Of a stretch of 64,000 nt of DNA, positions 29,699 through 39,224 are shown in pieces. The stretch is taken from IMG/VR virus record IMGVR_UViG_3300028536_000014, positions 1-64,000 of that record; one strand, 5' to 3'. The translations under genes and the position numbers were made by a program. Under the pieces are notes generated by a model. That model worked only from the letters and a program-made list of their open reading frames with translations. It was not told the DNA's origin and searched no databases. Numbering within the stretch: the first letter of the stretch is position 1; the number at the start of each line of letters is the position of its first letter.

Positions 29699-30553
29699 TT
29701 ATCGGCTAAATTCCATTAGAAATTGAATATCTGCAGGATGAGTAATAAATGTTCGATAAGATTCATGAACTCTATCAGCTCGAAAAAATGGTGTCCATTT
29801 TGCTTTTAGGCTAATATCATAAACCATTTGACGAGTCTTACGATGTTGAGGTTCTAAATGATTTTTATCTCCAAAAATTAGAAGAAGTTCTTCTAAGAAA
29901 GGAAGGTGTGATAAAGAGTCCTGACCAAAAGCAGCGTACTTTGTATTCCAAGTTGTTCTAGTCTTGAGAACGCCTGTATGGCTCTCTAAGAGATCCAATT
30001 GCCTGAATTGATCATAGCTAGTAAGATCGTACGGAATGTGTGTCATGATAAGCGCAGATGATCTATGATGAGGTTTTAATTCACTATCTAAAACACGGAT
30101 AGAATCAGTACTCTTATTCAATCGAGTTAAAACTTGTTCTTCTTTGAGGTCATAGCTCCGCTGAATAACGGTCGTACTTTCCCGGAATTTAACACGGTTC
30201 TTGTGACGTGCCTTCAGAGTATGATAGGTACAATAATAAAAAATTGGGAGACAGACTCCAGATCCCTCATTCTGAAATAAAGAGGTAATAATATCGATTT
30301 CAGTATTCAAAATCTCTAACACATGAAGAGAATTACATTCCATATATCTAATCCGATCAACCGATTGAGCGATATTACGAATAAGAGTTTGAATGTTAAT
30401 CCAGATTTCTGTATAATTCGATATCTTGACTGTATTAGGAACTTTTCTTAATGGATCATAGGAAGGCGCTGGCCGTAGAAATATCGATTCCAAAGCCATT
30501 GACGTACCGATTGATAAAGGTAAAGCACCTATTGTACGTGTGTATAATTCCAA
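29699..30553 (-). CDS. Chimallivirus core protein (phiKZ gp66-like), possible PIN/5'-nuclease-like fold
   Basis: 284 aa; IWINIQTLIRN, LLESHTG; position in the core block; TTG start. Confidence 0.55.
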   Translation of the reverse strand: MELYTRTIGALPLSIGTSMALESIFLRPAPSYDPLRKVPNTVKISNYTEIWINIQTLIRNIAQSVDRIRYMECNSLHVLEILNTEIDIITSLFQNEGSGVCLPIFYYCTYHTLKARHKNRVKFRESTTVIQRSYDLKEEQVLTRLNKSTDSIRVLDSELKPHHRSSALIMTHIPYDLTSYDQFRQLDLLESHTGVLKTRTTWNTKYAAFGQDSLSHLPFLEELLLIFGDKNHLEPQHRKTRQMVYDISLKAKWTPFFRADRVHESYRTFITHPADIQFLMEFSR

Positions 30554-30582
30554 AATTACTCTCCTTGAACTTTAACCCACTA

Positions 30583-30843
30583 TTATCCTACATTATGGTA
30601 ATATTGTCCAATTTCAGTATGACCAAGAACTTTTGCAGGTCCTTTATAGACCAGATTAAAAGGTTCAATTTTCATGTTATAAGAATGTTTATAGGACAAA
30701 GACATATCACATGTTTGTATGTTAGAATTTTTGAGTATACGAGCAGCTTCACGTTTGTTATTAGCAGCAACAATTGCGACACCTGCAGTATAAACATTTT
30801 TATCCTGAAACCAAAAATGAACGGTAATTTGATAAACTTTCAT
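30583..30843 (-). CDS. Small hypothetical protein (paralogue of 32294-32539)
   Basis: AGVAIVAANNKREA motif shared with AGVKSVIAAENQSRA. Confidence 0.65.
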   Translation of the reverse strand: MKVYQITVHFWFQDKNVYTAGVAIVAANNKREAARILKNSNIQTCDMSLSYKHSYNMKIEPFNLVYKGPAKVLGHTEIGQYYHNVG

Positions 30844-30845
30844 TA

Positions 30846-31499
30846 TTACCTCATATCAACTTTAAGTGAACGATCATATATATCTTCAAGTTTTTTCTGT
30901 TTGTTGATATAACGATTGATAATATGTCCTTCCTTCCGAAGTTCATCGATCATATTTTTACCGATAATACCGTTATTAAGCGCATCCAGAAAATCGAAAC
31001 TTTCTTTTGGATGTTTATTAACTTCGATACCATCATGATTTACTAAACCGGTATAAATATCTTCGTTCTCTTCTTTTATAATTTTCAAGAAATTACGATC
31101 TTCAATAACACGTAAAATCTTTGGAATTGCTACATTTTCGTTAAACTTCATCCAAGCATCGATTGCTAAATGTCGATTATTCGTACAACAGAGTTCGACG
31201 TTAATTGGAAGTGAAAATAACACGCTTTCACTAGCTGGATTATTTGCTATAATCACAACTCGTTCATTTCTTTTAGAAAGATCGACAATAACTTCTCTAA
31301 GAATATCTGTGGGATAAATAAGTCCAAGAATATAAATAGTTCTGTTTGAAACATTTTGGATTTCTTGTTTGTTTGTAAATGGACAGAAATCAAATCCATT
31401 AAGTACCGAACATTCGATAGCCCAACAAGCGGCGATATTATCTACAGGTGAGATTGGGTCGTAAATAACAAAAGGTTTACAATAAATATTCATGAACAC
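30846..31499 (-). CDS. Degenerate DHH-phosphoesterase-like protein
   Basis: VIYD..SPVDNIAACW, IYILGLIYP and RVIEDRNF resemble phage DHH proteins, but DHH is replaced by NNP. Confidence 0.45.
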   Translation of the reverse strand: MFMNIYCKPFVIYDPISPVDNIAACWAIECSVLNGFDFCPFTNKQEIQNVSNRTIYILGLIYPTDILREVIVDLSKRNERVVIIANNPASESVLFSLPINVELCCTNNRHLAIDAWMKFNENVAIPKILRVIEDRNFLKIIKEENEDIYTGLVNHDGIEVNKHPKESFDFLDALNNGIIGKNMIDELRKEGHIINRYINKQKKLEDIYDRSLKVDMR

Positions 31500-31505
31500 C
31501 TCTTT

Positions 31506-31781
31506 CTACATTAGTGGTATTACTGCTTTTTCAGTTAATCGTCTCCGAATTTCTTCTTTGAGTTCAAAAGCACGATTATGAAGTGATTCACTACAGTGAG
31601 GATGACAAGCCCTTGCATAGAGTTGAAAAGCAAGCTCTAGAAGAAGTTCAATTGTCATGTCTTTTGGGTCATCTCTGAAGTCACTTCCTTTTGGATGACG
31701 AGGTATGTGATCATAAGCTGGCTCAACGATCTCAGACATTTTAGTTATCCTTATACAGAACAGTCCAGTGATTGGAATCAC
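31506..31781 (-). CDS. Hypothetical protein
   Basis: ORF; likely start MSEIVEP at 31739. Confidence 0.6.
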   Translation of the reverse strand: MIPITGLFCIRITKMSEIVEPAYDHIPRHPKGSDFRDDPKDMTIELLLELAFQLYARACHPHCSESLHNRAFELKEEIRRRLTEKAVIPLM

Positions 31782-32031
31782 TACATGGATGCTTCACACT
31801 CTTTTTTGGAAACTCGTCTATATTGACAGAACTTTTAACTCCACACGGACAAATAATTGATATGACTTTATTCGTAGCGTATTTAACCAGATTATTCTTA
31901 TCCAAACTGTTTATATCTGTAATATAAATTCCTACGAATGTATTGATCTTACCAGACCCTGTTGTTAACAGAGGTTTACTAGAATTGAAAGCTTGTTTCT
32001 TATTACCTAATATATCGTCTTTATTAGGCAT
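31741..32031 (-). CDS. Small Cys/His (CPCG...HPC...HW) protein, tandem paralogue
   Basis: Likely start MPNKDD at 32031; near-identical motif spacing to 32024-32284. Confidence 0.65.
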   Translation of the reverse strand: MPNKDDILGNKKQAFNSSKPLLTTGSGKINTFVGIYITDINSLDKNNLVKYATNKVISIICPCGVKSSVNIDEFPKKSVKHPCSDSNHWTVLYKDN

Positions 32032-32284
32032 TTTCTTTATCTTTGTTTGCGTAACGGATAGTCCAGTGATCTGGATTATCACAAGGATGTTTCACATTTT
32101 CCGTTGGAAAGTTCCTGATACTAACTGGACTTTCGACACCACATGGACAACGAATGATTACGAACCGATCCAATGCAGATTCATCAGAAAGATAAATACC
32201 AATGAATGTTTTAACCGGATCGGTTATTGTTATTTTCAAAGATGGATCTGATAGATTAACAGTCGCTATACTTTTATTACTCAT
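32024..32284 (-). CDS. Small Cys/His (CPCG...HPC...HW) protein, tandem paralogue
   Basis: TFIGIY...IRCPCGVES...FPTENVKHPCDNPDHW. Confidence 0.7.
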   Translation of the reverse strand: MSNKSIATVNLSDPSLKITITDPVKTFIGIYLSDESALDRFVIIRCPCGVESPVSIRNFPTENVKHPCDNPDHWTIRYANKDKENA

Positions 32285-32293
32285 TTTACACTC

Positions 32294-32539
32294 CTATCTT
32301 TCCAATCCAACATCATGAATTACTATACCTGGGTTACCGATATACATACCAGGAAGTTCAATAACATGTATGTTAGCATAATCTGGACAAAACCAATCTT
32401 TTACCTCTACCTGCTTAAAAAATTCTTCTGCTCTAGATTGATTTTCTGCAGCGATAACAGATTTCACGCCAGCGATTCGAGTGTCAATTTTATTAACACT
32501 GCAAAGCTTAGTGTAGATCCAAAACAATTTCAATTCCAT
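32294..32539 (-). CDS. Small hypothetical protein (paralogue of 30583-30843)
   Basis: GGAG SD 6 nt before ATG at 32539 (ORF track starts at 32695). Confidence 0.6.
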   Translation of the reverse strand: MELKLFWIYTKLCSVNKIDTRIAGVKSVIAAENQSRAEEFFKQVEVKDWFCPDYANIHVIELPGMYIGNPGIVIHDVGLER

Positions 32540-32573
32540 GACGGACTCCATTACTTTGAGAATGCTGATAAGT

Positions 32574-32867
32574 TTATGATTTTGGTATAACCCAACGCTG
32601 ATCTGGATAGGGTACATTACAAAGCGCTTCAGCATAAACATGTAGAGCTTCGGTACCGTGAAAATTACCTCTTTCATCACGTGACAATAGTCCAAACTCC
32701 ACCAAAAGACTGTGACAGTCTATATGCTCAGAACCCCAAATATCACCGATATCGTAATTACCTGGTCGAGTGTGGTACCAAAGTGCTACTTCGATTTGTA
32801 ATGGGCTAGCCATGTTTTTCCTTTTGTTTGTTTCAATGGATTCCGTATATAGAGTATATATTTTCAT
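32574..32867 (-). CDS. Hypothetical protein
   Basis: ORF; likely start MASPLQ at 32813. Confidence 0.6.
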   Translation of the reverse strand: MKIYTLYTESIETNKRKNMASPLQIEVALWYHTRPGNYDIGDIWGSEHIDCHSLLVEFGLLSRDERGNFHGTEALHVYAEALCNVPYPDQRWVIPKS

Positions 32868-32882
32868 ATTTCGTTAAGAAAT

Positions 32883-32914
32883 CATAGACACTTGGCGATC
32901 GCCAAGTGTCTATG
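32883..32914. terminator. Perfect 32-bp palindrome / terminator
   Basis: catagacacttggcgatcgccaagtgtctatg. Confidence 0.7.
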
Positions 32915-33230
32915 TAAATGTGATGTAAATTACAATAATCATTTTGATAAATAAATGTAAACCTTGATCCACTCCAAAAGAAATGTTTTTATTACATTTG
33001 AAGTAATCAATCAAAGTATGTGAAATCAATTCAAATAGAAAACAAACGAGATTGGTTGTAATTAAGTAAACACCAAACGCATGCATAAATGCGTGTGAGA
33101 TCAGAATCAAAAACCATGGCACACCTGGCTTTGGTGATAAATGGTTTTTGGCCTGAGCCATAAAGTCAGCTTGTAGAGGATAATCCATTAGGAGATGAAC
33201 GAAGATCAGATTCAGTAGAAAATTTACCAT
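32910..33230 (-). CDS. DUF3307-like membrane protein
   Basis: HLLMDYPLQ...HAFMH...HTLIDYFK...DQGLH motifs. Confidence 0.75.
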   Translation of the reverse strand: MVNFLLNLIFVHLLMDYPLQADFMAQAKNHLSPKPGVPWFLILISHAFMHAFGVYLITTNLVCFLFELISHTLIDYFKCNKNISFGVDQGLHLFIKMIIVIYITFT

Positions 33231-33247
33231 TCTGGTATTATTCTCTT

Positions 33248-34489
33248 TTACGCAACCGCTGGTAAGTCAATAAGAATTTTTTCCAGACGTTTCTTATCAA
33301 ATTCAGATATATCTGGAGAAAGTTCTTTGATAATCAGATTAACGATGTTTTCTGGACGAATTTCAACTACTGAATAATTAAACTCATTAGTGTTTTTAAT
33401 TACTGATTGTTGTTCTTCTTCCTCTTCAAGACTCAATTTAGAGAAATGAATAAACTGGTATTGTTTCTTTAGTTCGGAGATATGAACAAGAATTGGATGA
33501 AGTTTTGGTGCTTTAATTCTAATGTAGGATTCATTCGGAATTTTTAATAGAATACGTTCAAGTTGGTGTAAACACTTTTGAAGGTCTTCTGATTTAATCT
33601 CAATAGTCTTAAAAATCTTGGCTTTCTTATTCTCGATGAATTCATAATAATCAGAACCATCATCCCTAATCGTCATTAGAACACCACCCTTAGGTTCTTC
33701 TTCGCCATGTGCTAAGCGATCAAAAGAACCTTGGGCAATAATACGTTCATAATTAGAATGAGTGTGAATATGACCTACATTAATAAAATGTTTCACTAAA
33801 CTCAAGTAAGCTGTTTCGTTATGTGTATCGTGTTGACCAGGTATACATCGCATTTGGTAATTAAACGCACCATGCATCATGGCGATATCAACTTGTTCTA
33901 TCCCTTGATTTTTAAAAAGATCATATACTAATTGTAACGTTATATCAGTAGAAGCGGTATATTCATCTGGCACATAAAGAATAGAAAGATTAAGATCTTC
34001 CATTCGTTCTACCATCAATGTTTTAATCCACTTAACATCAGCTACTGATTCTTTAACTGATGAAATAAATTCAAATAGACGAGATTGTTGACGATCATGA
34101 GAGGGGGTTCCTTCCAAGATTCGTAATTTGATTTTATTACGACCACAGAAACTAACCAATCGTGTTATGAATTCCAATGCTTCATAAAGCGCAGGGCCAC
34201 TACAATCGATCAATTGATCAAATAAATCCCCAACAATAAAGATGATATCAAGTCTTGTAAAAATAGATTTGTTTGTAAATTCAGAAAAGTAGTCAGCAAG
34301 GTTGCTAACGATGGCTTTCGCAGGATTTCTAGCATGACCTATATGAATGTCTGATAAACATAAATATCGAAGTTTAGGAGGAGGAATAGACCACTCGTTA
34401 ATAGCAGTCTGTTTATGAACTTCGATATGATTACCATCATCACTTGTTGTAGAATTATTCGTCGTCGAAGACAAGATCATCACTACCAT
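33248..34489 (-). CDS. sbcD: Mre11/SbcD-like nuclease (calcineurin-like metallophosphoesterase)
   Basis: LSDIHIG, VGDLFD, LEGTPSHD, MMHG, VGHIH, GSFDRL. Confidence 0.88.
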   Translation of the reverse strand: MVVMILSSTTNNSTTSDDGNHIEVHKQTAINEWSIPPPKLRYLCLSDIHIGHARNPAKAIVSNLADYFSEFTNKSIFTRLDIIFIVGDLFDQLIDCSGPALYEALEFITRLVSFCGRNKIKLRILEGTPSHDRQQSRLFEFISSVKESVADVKWIKTLMVERMEDLNLSILYVPDEYTASTDITLQLVYDLFKNQGIEQVDIAMMHGAFNYQMRCIPGQHDTHNETAYLSLVKHFINVGHIHTHSNYERIIAQGSFDRLAHGEEEPKGGVLMTIRDDGSDYYEFIENKKAKIFKTIEIKSEDLQKCLHQLERILLKIPNESYIRIKAPKLHPILVHISELKKQYQFIHFSKLSLEEEEEQQSVIKNTNEFNYSVVEIRPENIVNLIIKELSPDISEFDKKRLEKILIDLPAVA

Positions 34490-35060
34490 TATTTTGATTA
34501 TCGGTAGCTACACCCGTTTTAGTTTTTGGATGTTCAATACCATAACGATTGAAGATTTGATTCCACCGATCTTTATCAGTCTTTTCCGGTTCCACTTTCA
34601 TTTTTGAAAGTTTATCTGCCGATTGCGCTCCAAGTACACGTTCACCAAGAACCGGAAGACGATTTGCTTGATTACGAGCATTAACGAAAATCTCGCTGAA
34701 CTTACGACCTCTTAGGTTCTCACTTGTCCTAAGGAAGTCAGTTGACATTAATGACGGGACCGTATAAAGAACTTTACCAGTTGAGTTATCTGTAACATCA
34801 ACCGGGTTCATAGGAGATCCTGCTACAGCAACCCAATGAGTGGTAATATTCATACTTCTATCATCATGAACCTTACCAGCAAAAAACGGTAGGAATTTAT
34901 CAACAAAAATAGATTCCGGAAGTTGGTTTGGTGCTGAGTCTTGATTGAACAAATCGCTGTAGGCTTGATCAATATCAGAACTACCTTCTTTATGGACGAG
35001 TTTATTCACTGCTTTTGCTACGTCTGGTGCTTTGTTCTGTTTGCTCATGATTAATCTCAA
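34455..35060 (-). CDS. Conserved phiKZ-like hypothetical protein
   Basis: 201 aa (likely start MSKQ at 35048); core-block position. Confidence 0.7.
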   Translation of the reverse strand: MRLIMSKQNKAPDVAKAVNKLVHKEGSSDIDQAYSDLFNQDSAPNQLPESIFVDKFLPFFAGKVHDDRSMNITTHWVAVAGSPMNPVDVTDNSTGKVLYTVPSLMSTDFLRTSENLRGRKFSEIFVNARNQANRLPVLGERVLGAQSADKLSKMKVEPEKTDKDRWNQIFNRYGIEHPKTKTGVATDNQNNGSDDLVFDDE

Positions 35061-35064
35061 CTTG

Positions 35065-35108
35065 TACCTTGTGTAATAGCGTTATTTACCTTGTGTAATA
35101 GCGTTATT
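35065..35108. repeat. 22-bp perfect tandem duplication
   Basis: taccttgtgtaatagcgttatt x2 (35065-35086, 35087-35108) at the 3' end of the 140 aa gene. Confidence 0.9.
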
Positions 35109-35504
35109 AATGATTTCAAATTTCGAACCATTAATCTGTGCAATTTTTGAAATGTTAGAAACAGCCCCACTAGCAGTTTCAAACTCAACGTAAATCCCCA
35201 AAATAAATTCACTTGGGGAATTAGCATTAGTCTGATTAGTACATTCAACGATTACATTATTGAAGTAACGTCCGAAAAGCGTATTAAGTACTTTCGTCAT
35301 CTCAGTAACAAGAAGTTCAGGTTCATTGTTATAAGTAGCAACTAACCAACCGAATGAAGAAATATTACCACGATGAACATAAGACTGACTTTGATCAGCA
35401 GCAAGAAAATATGCCATGATATAATCGGCCTGTTTCAAGCTTGAAAAAACCCAGCCATCGGTATCTAAACTCGGTATAGCAACAATATCAATATTGGCAG
35501 GCAT
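35082..35504 (-). CDS. Conserved phiKZ-like protein, possibly gp25-like baseplate/sheath initiator
   Basis: 140 aa; size and alpha/beta pattern; low-confidence fold guess. Confidence 0.45.
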   Translation of the reverse strand: MPANIDIVAIPSLDTDGWVFSSLKQADYIMAYFLAADQSQSYVHRGNISSFGWLVATYNNEPELLVTEMTKVLNTLFGRYFNNVIVECTNQTNANSPSEFILGIYVEFETASGAVSNISKIAQINGSKFEIINNAITQGK

Positions 35505-35553
35505 TTTCTATTATCCAGTTCTATGACCCACTAAATACACATGTCTATATATC

Positions 35554-36645
35554 TTATATTTCAATTAAATAAATTGGTTTATTTAACTTTCTCATAGTTT
35601 CGACCATATGTGTCGTTCCTGGAGATTTATCTTTCTTGATGGCGATTAATACATCGGCGTATTTAGCCATCTCCTCATTTCTGATAAAACCAGCTCGTTT
35701 CTGATATTGATCCCAATCTGCTGGAAATTCTTTAAATGGAATAAACCGTTCTTCAGCAAAACGTCTTCCTAACAAATCAACTCCTCTTGCCCCACCTTCA
35801 ACAATCTCTCCTATATTAAACATAGAGCTGTTGATTGTATCACAAACTAGATCGTAATTATCAATAGAACGACTTCCAGCTACAATGACTTTAAGATCTT
35901 TATTATTAATTAGACCTTTAAGCTGGTCTCTTAACTTGCCATAATAATAATTAAACCAACTCGATGTCCAATGTCCTATAGCTTTAGTATCTAGACCATT
36001 TCCAACCATAAAGTAATGAGTGAAAGGTAGTGTTGATTCTTTAAACGCTTTAAGAAGATGAGGAGTTTGAATGATCTTTAATCGAACTGCTTCTTCTATG
36101 TCACGTATGAAAGTTGGATATTCAACTCTCTGAAATCGTTTTCCTTCTTCCTTAGCTTTGAAACCATAAAGTATTCTGAACTGGTCATGCTTACGTTCGG
36201 TTAACAACCAATACCAATATCCTTCGATACTAGCAAATCGACCGTGTTTAGGATGTTCGAATCCGATATTAGCGAAGTGTGATAAATTTCTACCTAATTC
36301 ACTTCTTGCTTTCGACCAACAATTGATGTGGTCAATTGTATCTTCTAATGGATTATAACGAACTCGAATTGGATTTTTCATCTCTTCGTTTGCTACCTTA
36401 ATTAAAATATGGCCATGACAAGCTAATGGGCTACACCAACAGATTAGATCGCGGCCTTTTAATTCTTCTCGAGCTTGTTGTTTGAGTTCTTCGTTTTTAT
36501 CTAACCATTCTTGATACAACTGACAAACCTTATCCCGATCTGCTTCTGAATGCATTGGAAATGGATTTCCCCACTTTGAAGGTCGTCCAATATAAACGCT
36601 ATCCTTCGTAATAATATCAGTCCGTTTATTAAGAACTTTTGGCAT
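35554..36645 (-). CDS. Three-domain fusion: DUF4326 + NADAR-like + SLOG (YspA/DUF2493-like)
   Basis: N: VYIGRPSKWGNPF...LICWCSPLACHG; middle: LSHFA...FASIEGYWY...AKEEGK...AVRLKIIQTPHL; C: VIVAGSR...IVEGGARGVD...PADW...AGFIRNEEM. Confidence 0.75.
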   Translation of the reverse strand: MPKVLNKRTDIITKDSVYIGRPSKWGNPFPMHSEADRDKVCQLYQEWLDKNEELKQQAREELKGRDLICWCSPLACHGHILIKVANEEMKNPIRVRYNPLEDTIDHINCWSKARSELGRNLSHFANIGFEHPKHGRFASIEGYWYWLLTERKHDQFRILYGFKAKEEGKRFQRVEYPTFIRDIEEAVRLKIIQTPHLLKAFKESTLPFTHYFMVGNGLDTKAIGHWTSSWFNYYYGKLRDQLKGLINNKDLKVIVAGSRSIDNYDLVCDTINSSMFNIGEIVEGGARGVDLLGRRFAEERFIPFKEFPADWDQYQKRAGFIRNEEMAKYADVLIAIKKDKSPGTTHMVETMRKLNKPIYLIEI

Positions 36646-36746
36646 AGCTATTTCTCATACTACTCCTTACACTTTATATGTTCATCAAAACAAAATTAAA
36701 AAAAAAATACAGACTAGGAATTAACCTAGTCTGTATGATGTTATAT

Positions 36747-37250
36747 TTAGTTATCTGTGTCGTTACATGCGTTAACAAAATCAGTCAACGTTGTTGATTG
36801 GTTATTTTTACCAATCAACATAAATAATGTCTGACGGTCTAATAGAGCACAGAACCCATCATCCACATCTTCCCATGCAAGAGTATAAAAATAATCTCGC
36901 ATATCTTCATTAATATCGTTGAAAGTTAGAAGAAATATACCAAATAATTTCTCAGGTTCATCGTCATAATAAAGTTCATATAACCAAAAGAGTGTAGAAC
37001 CAACTGGTACAGCAATCGCACGCTGTTCTTTACCAGTAACTTCAAAACAAACCGTAAAAGGTTCTACATATTCAGAATCAAAATCAGGATCGTGATTGAA
37101 GTATCGTTTTGTGATACTATCAATATGTTTTCGTATTTCAGATTGTTCAGTGATAATGATAGTTTGATCATTATAGAAAGTTTGACTATATCGAATCTCT
37201 GAATACCGTTTGATGAAAGTCAGTGCGACTAATTCTTTATCACTTACCAT
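36747..37250 (-). CDS. Hypothetical acidic protein
   Basis: 167 aa ORF. Confidence 0.65.
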   Translation of the reverse strand: MVSDKELVALTFIKRYSEIRYSQTFYNDQTIIITEQSEIRKHIDSITKRYFNHDPDFDSEYVEPFTVCFEVTGKEQRAIAVPVGSTLFWLYELYYDDEPEKLFGIFLLTFNDINEDMRDYFYTLAWEDVDDGFCALLDRQTLFMLIGKNNQSTTLTDFVNACNDTDN

Positions 37251-37262
37251 TACTGTTCCTCT

Positions 37263-37682
37263 TCAGTTAATAACTTGTCCAGTATTCTTGGAAAAATATA
37301 GCGTTTTAATTTTCTCAATGAATTCGATTGGTTTCTGATATTGTTGTTTTAATACTTTCCATTCCTCGTCTTGTAAAACAACATAATGTTCGATATCAGG
37401 AAGTTCAGGTTCGTAATTTTCGTTTATACGTTGAAAAATGATGATGACTTCTTCTAGATAAATACTAAAATATTTAAATAGTTCACGTTCCTTCATATGT
37501 TTGCATCTTACATCACGATCAAAATTCTGTTTGATTGATTTTTCTATTGCCTCTCTAAAAGGCAGTATAATTTTAACGATAGATGAATTTGACAAAATGA
37601 ATTCCTTGAGTATGAAGTTACTAGAGACTACTCTCATATGAGAGTATATAGTGTTATAATTTAATGACAAAAAAAAACACAC
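37263..37682 (-). CDS. Hypothetical protein
   Basis: ORF; real start is probably internal because a promoter-like AGAGTATATA lies at 37641. Confidence 0.5.
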   Translation of the reverse strand: MCFFLSLNYNTIYSHMRVVSSNFILKEFILSNSSIVKIILPFREAIEKSIKQNFDRDVRCKHMKERELFKYFSIYLEEVIIIFQRINENYEPELPDIEHYVVLQDEEWKVLKQQYQKPIEFIEKIKTLYFSKNTGQVIN

Positions 37683-37738
37683 AGCTCGTTATATAGAGCT
37701 GTGTTGATATAACTGTTTTAAAAACTCTGAGAAACAAA

Positions 37739-38008
37739 TTATTCTAACGGTTTAGGAATACTGTATTTATTCCAATCTGAGTCACCCGTTACTTTATGTA
37801 AAAGATCGCCAGTTTTTCCAGTTATGAACATATCTTTGGGGAGAAAAACACGTGGAAATCTATCATGCCAGATCCCTCTAGGTTTACAGCCTACTTTGCT
37901 GCAAACACAACAAAGCTTCTGACCCTTTAAGTAAACATGTTCATAGAAATAATTACAATAGGCTGTGTTTTCAACTGTCCCACATTCATCACACTGAAAT
38001 AAAGACAT
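37739..38008 (-). CDS. Small zinc-finger protein
   Basis: CDECG..ENTAYC...LCCVC...WHDRFP. Confidence 0.7.
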   Translation of the reverse strand: MSLFQCDECGTVENTAYCNYFYEHVYLKGQKLCCVCSKVGCKPRGIWHDRFPRVFLPKDMFITGKTGDLLHKVTGDSDWNKYSIPKPLE

Positions 38009-38029
38009 TGGGTTATTGACCTATCTTGA

Positions 38030-38488
38030 TTATTTCATCCACACACGATAATTAATACCGGTGACTGTAATGATGGTAGAGATAATCTCCATGGCTGCAT
38101 CAAGACTTGTCGCTCGAACCCCACCCTTCGTTCGTTGAAATTTCTCTTTGGGAATATTTGGGTTCTGTTTTGCAGAATGATAAACAACACCCTTATCATC
38201 GATGTAGTATTCTTCCGTTTCGTAACAAATATCCATAAAGTCGGCTTCTGGTACGAACTGAATATCGGTTACTTGACCATGACAGCCTGGTTTAATAACC
38301 CAATTATTGGTAGTTGCATTCCATTCATGTGTAGAACCGAAAACGTCGTCATAAGGTGCATAGAACGACAAGGTAGACATATCGTTGGGAATGAAACCGG
38401 CATTTGCCCAAGCAGTATCAAAGGTATCACCCTCAATAATTACTGCTGGTGTTGCGTTGAGATTCCAGTAAATCATCCATTTAGCCAT
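38030..38488 (-). CDS. Hypothetical protein with one copy of the ~65 aa IYW...AG...W..W paralogous domain
   Basis: MIYWN...IEGDTFDTAWANAG...THEWNATTNNWV. Confidence 0.7.
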   Translation of the reverse strand: MAKWMIYWNLNATPAVIIEGDTFDTAWANAGFIPNDMSTLSFYAPYDDVFGSTHEWNATTNNWVIKPGCHGQVTDIQFVPEADFMDICYETEEYYIDDKGVVYHSAKQNPNIPKEKFQRTKGGVRATSLDAAMEIISTIITVTGINYRVWMK

Positions 38489-38544
38489 ATAGGTCTCCTA
38501 AGTGAGTTTTGTTGAAATAACGTTGATGGTCAAATGATGTTCAC

Positions 38545-39138
38545 TTATGATTTTCTTTCCTTTGATGGAAAGAATTTATCGATTGCCATATTGACGGTAG
38601 AAAGATTGAGCTTGCTATAGTGTTTTGATATACCTGCTTCATCTATGATCGGAGGAGTCTTACATAGTTTTGAGCTATCGTCAGTAATATTGACACGGTC
38701 ACCATACTTATTAGCGATGAAATGATCCTCACTTTTTGCAATAAATTCTCCAGTTGCAGTAAAATACAAATCACTTAGAGCAATTTTAATTTCTGAAAGA
38801 TTCATTGAAGCACGATAACCTACCCAATAGTTAGTCGTGGTTTGTTTCATCAAAGTGTATGGTGCATCAGAATCTACGATACTCCCATTACTACTAAGGA
38901 AGGGAATATCTTTCGGATCGTCAATTTCACGACCTTCGAAGTAGATAACACGCCCAGTTGTTGTAACGATGATCGCTTTCTTACCGAGCGTTCCTCTATC
39001 TTGATTCTTGTTCTGATAAACTTCAGCTTCACTGATTAAGAGATTGAGATTTTTACTGGCATTATTACCACAATAGATTCCATTATTTTTCTCTAGCAAT
39101 AAAAACATGTGTTTATGACTGTGTTCTGGATCTGTCAT
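38545..39138 (-). CDS. Hypothetical protein
   Basis: 197 aa ORF with SD. Confidence 0.7.
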   Translation of the reverse strand: MTDPEHSHKHMFLLLEKNNGIYCGNNASKNLNLLISEAEVYQNKNQDRGTLGKKAIIVTTTGRVIYFEGREIDDPKDIPFLSSNGSIVDSDAPYTLMKQTTTNYWVGYRASMNLSEIKIALSDLYFTATGEFIAKSEDHFIANKYGDRVNITDDSSKLCKTPPIIDEAGISKHYSKLNLSTVNMAIDKFFPSKERKS

Positions 39139-39224
39139 AACTAACTCCTAATCGTATTTAGAAATAACCACAGGACTTGGGTCATTCCAAGTCCTGTGAA
39201 TGTATGGTTGATTTGTTTATCAGT

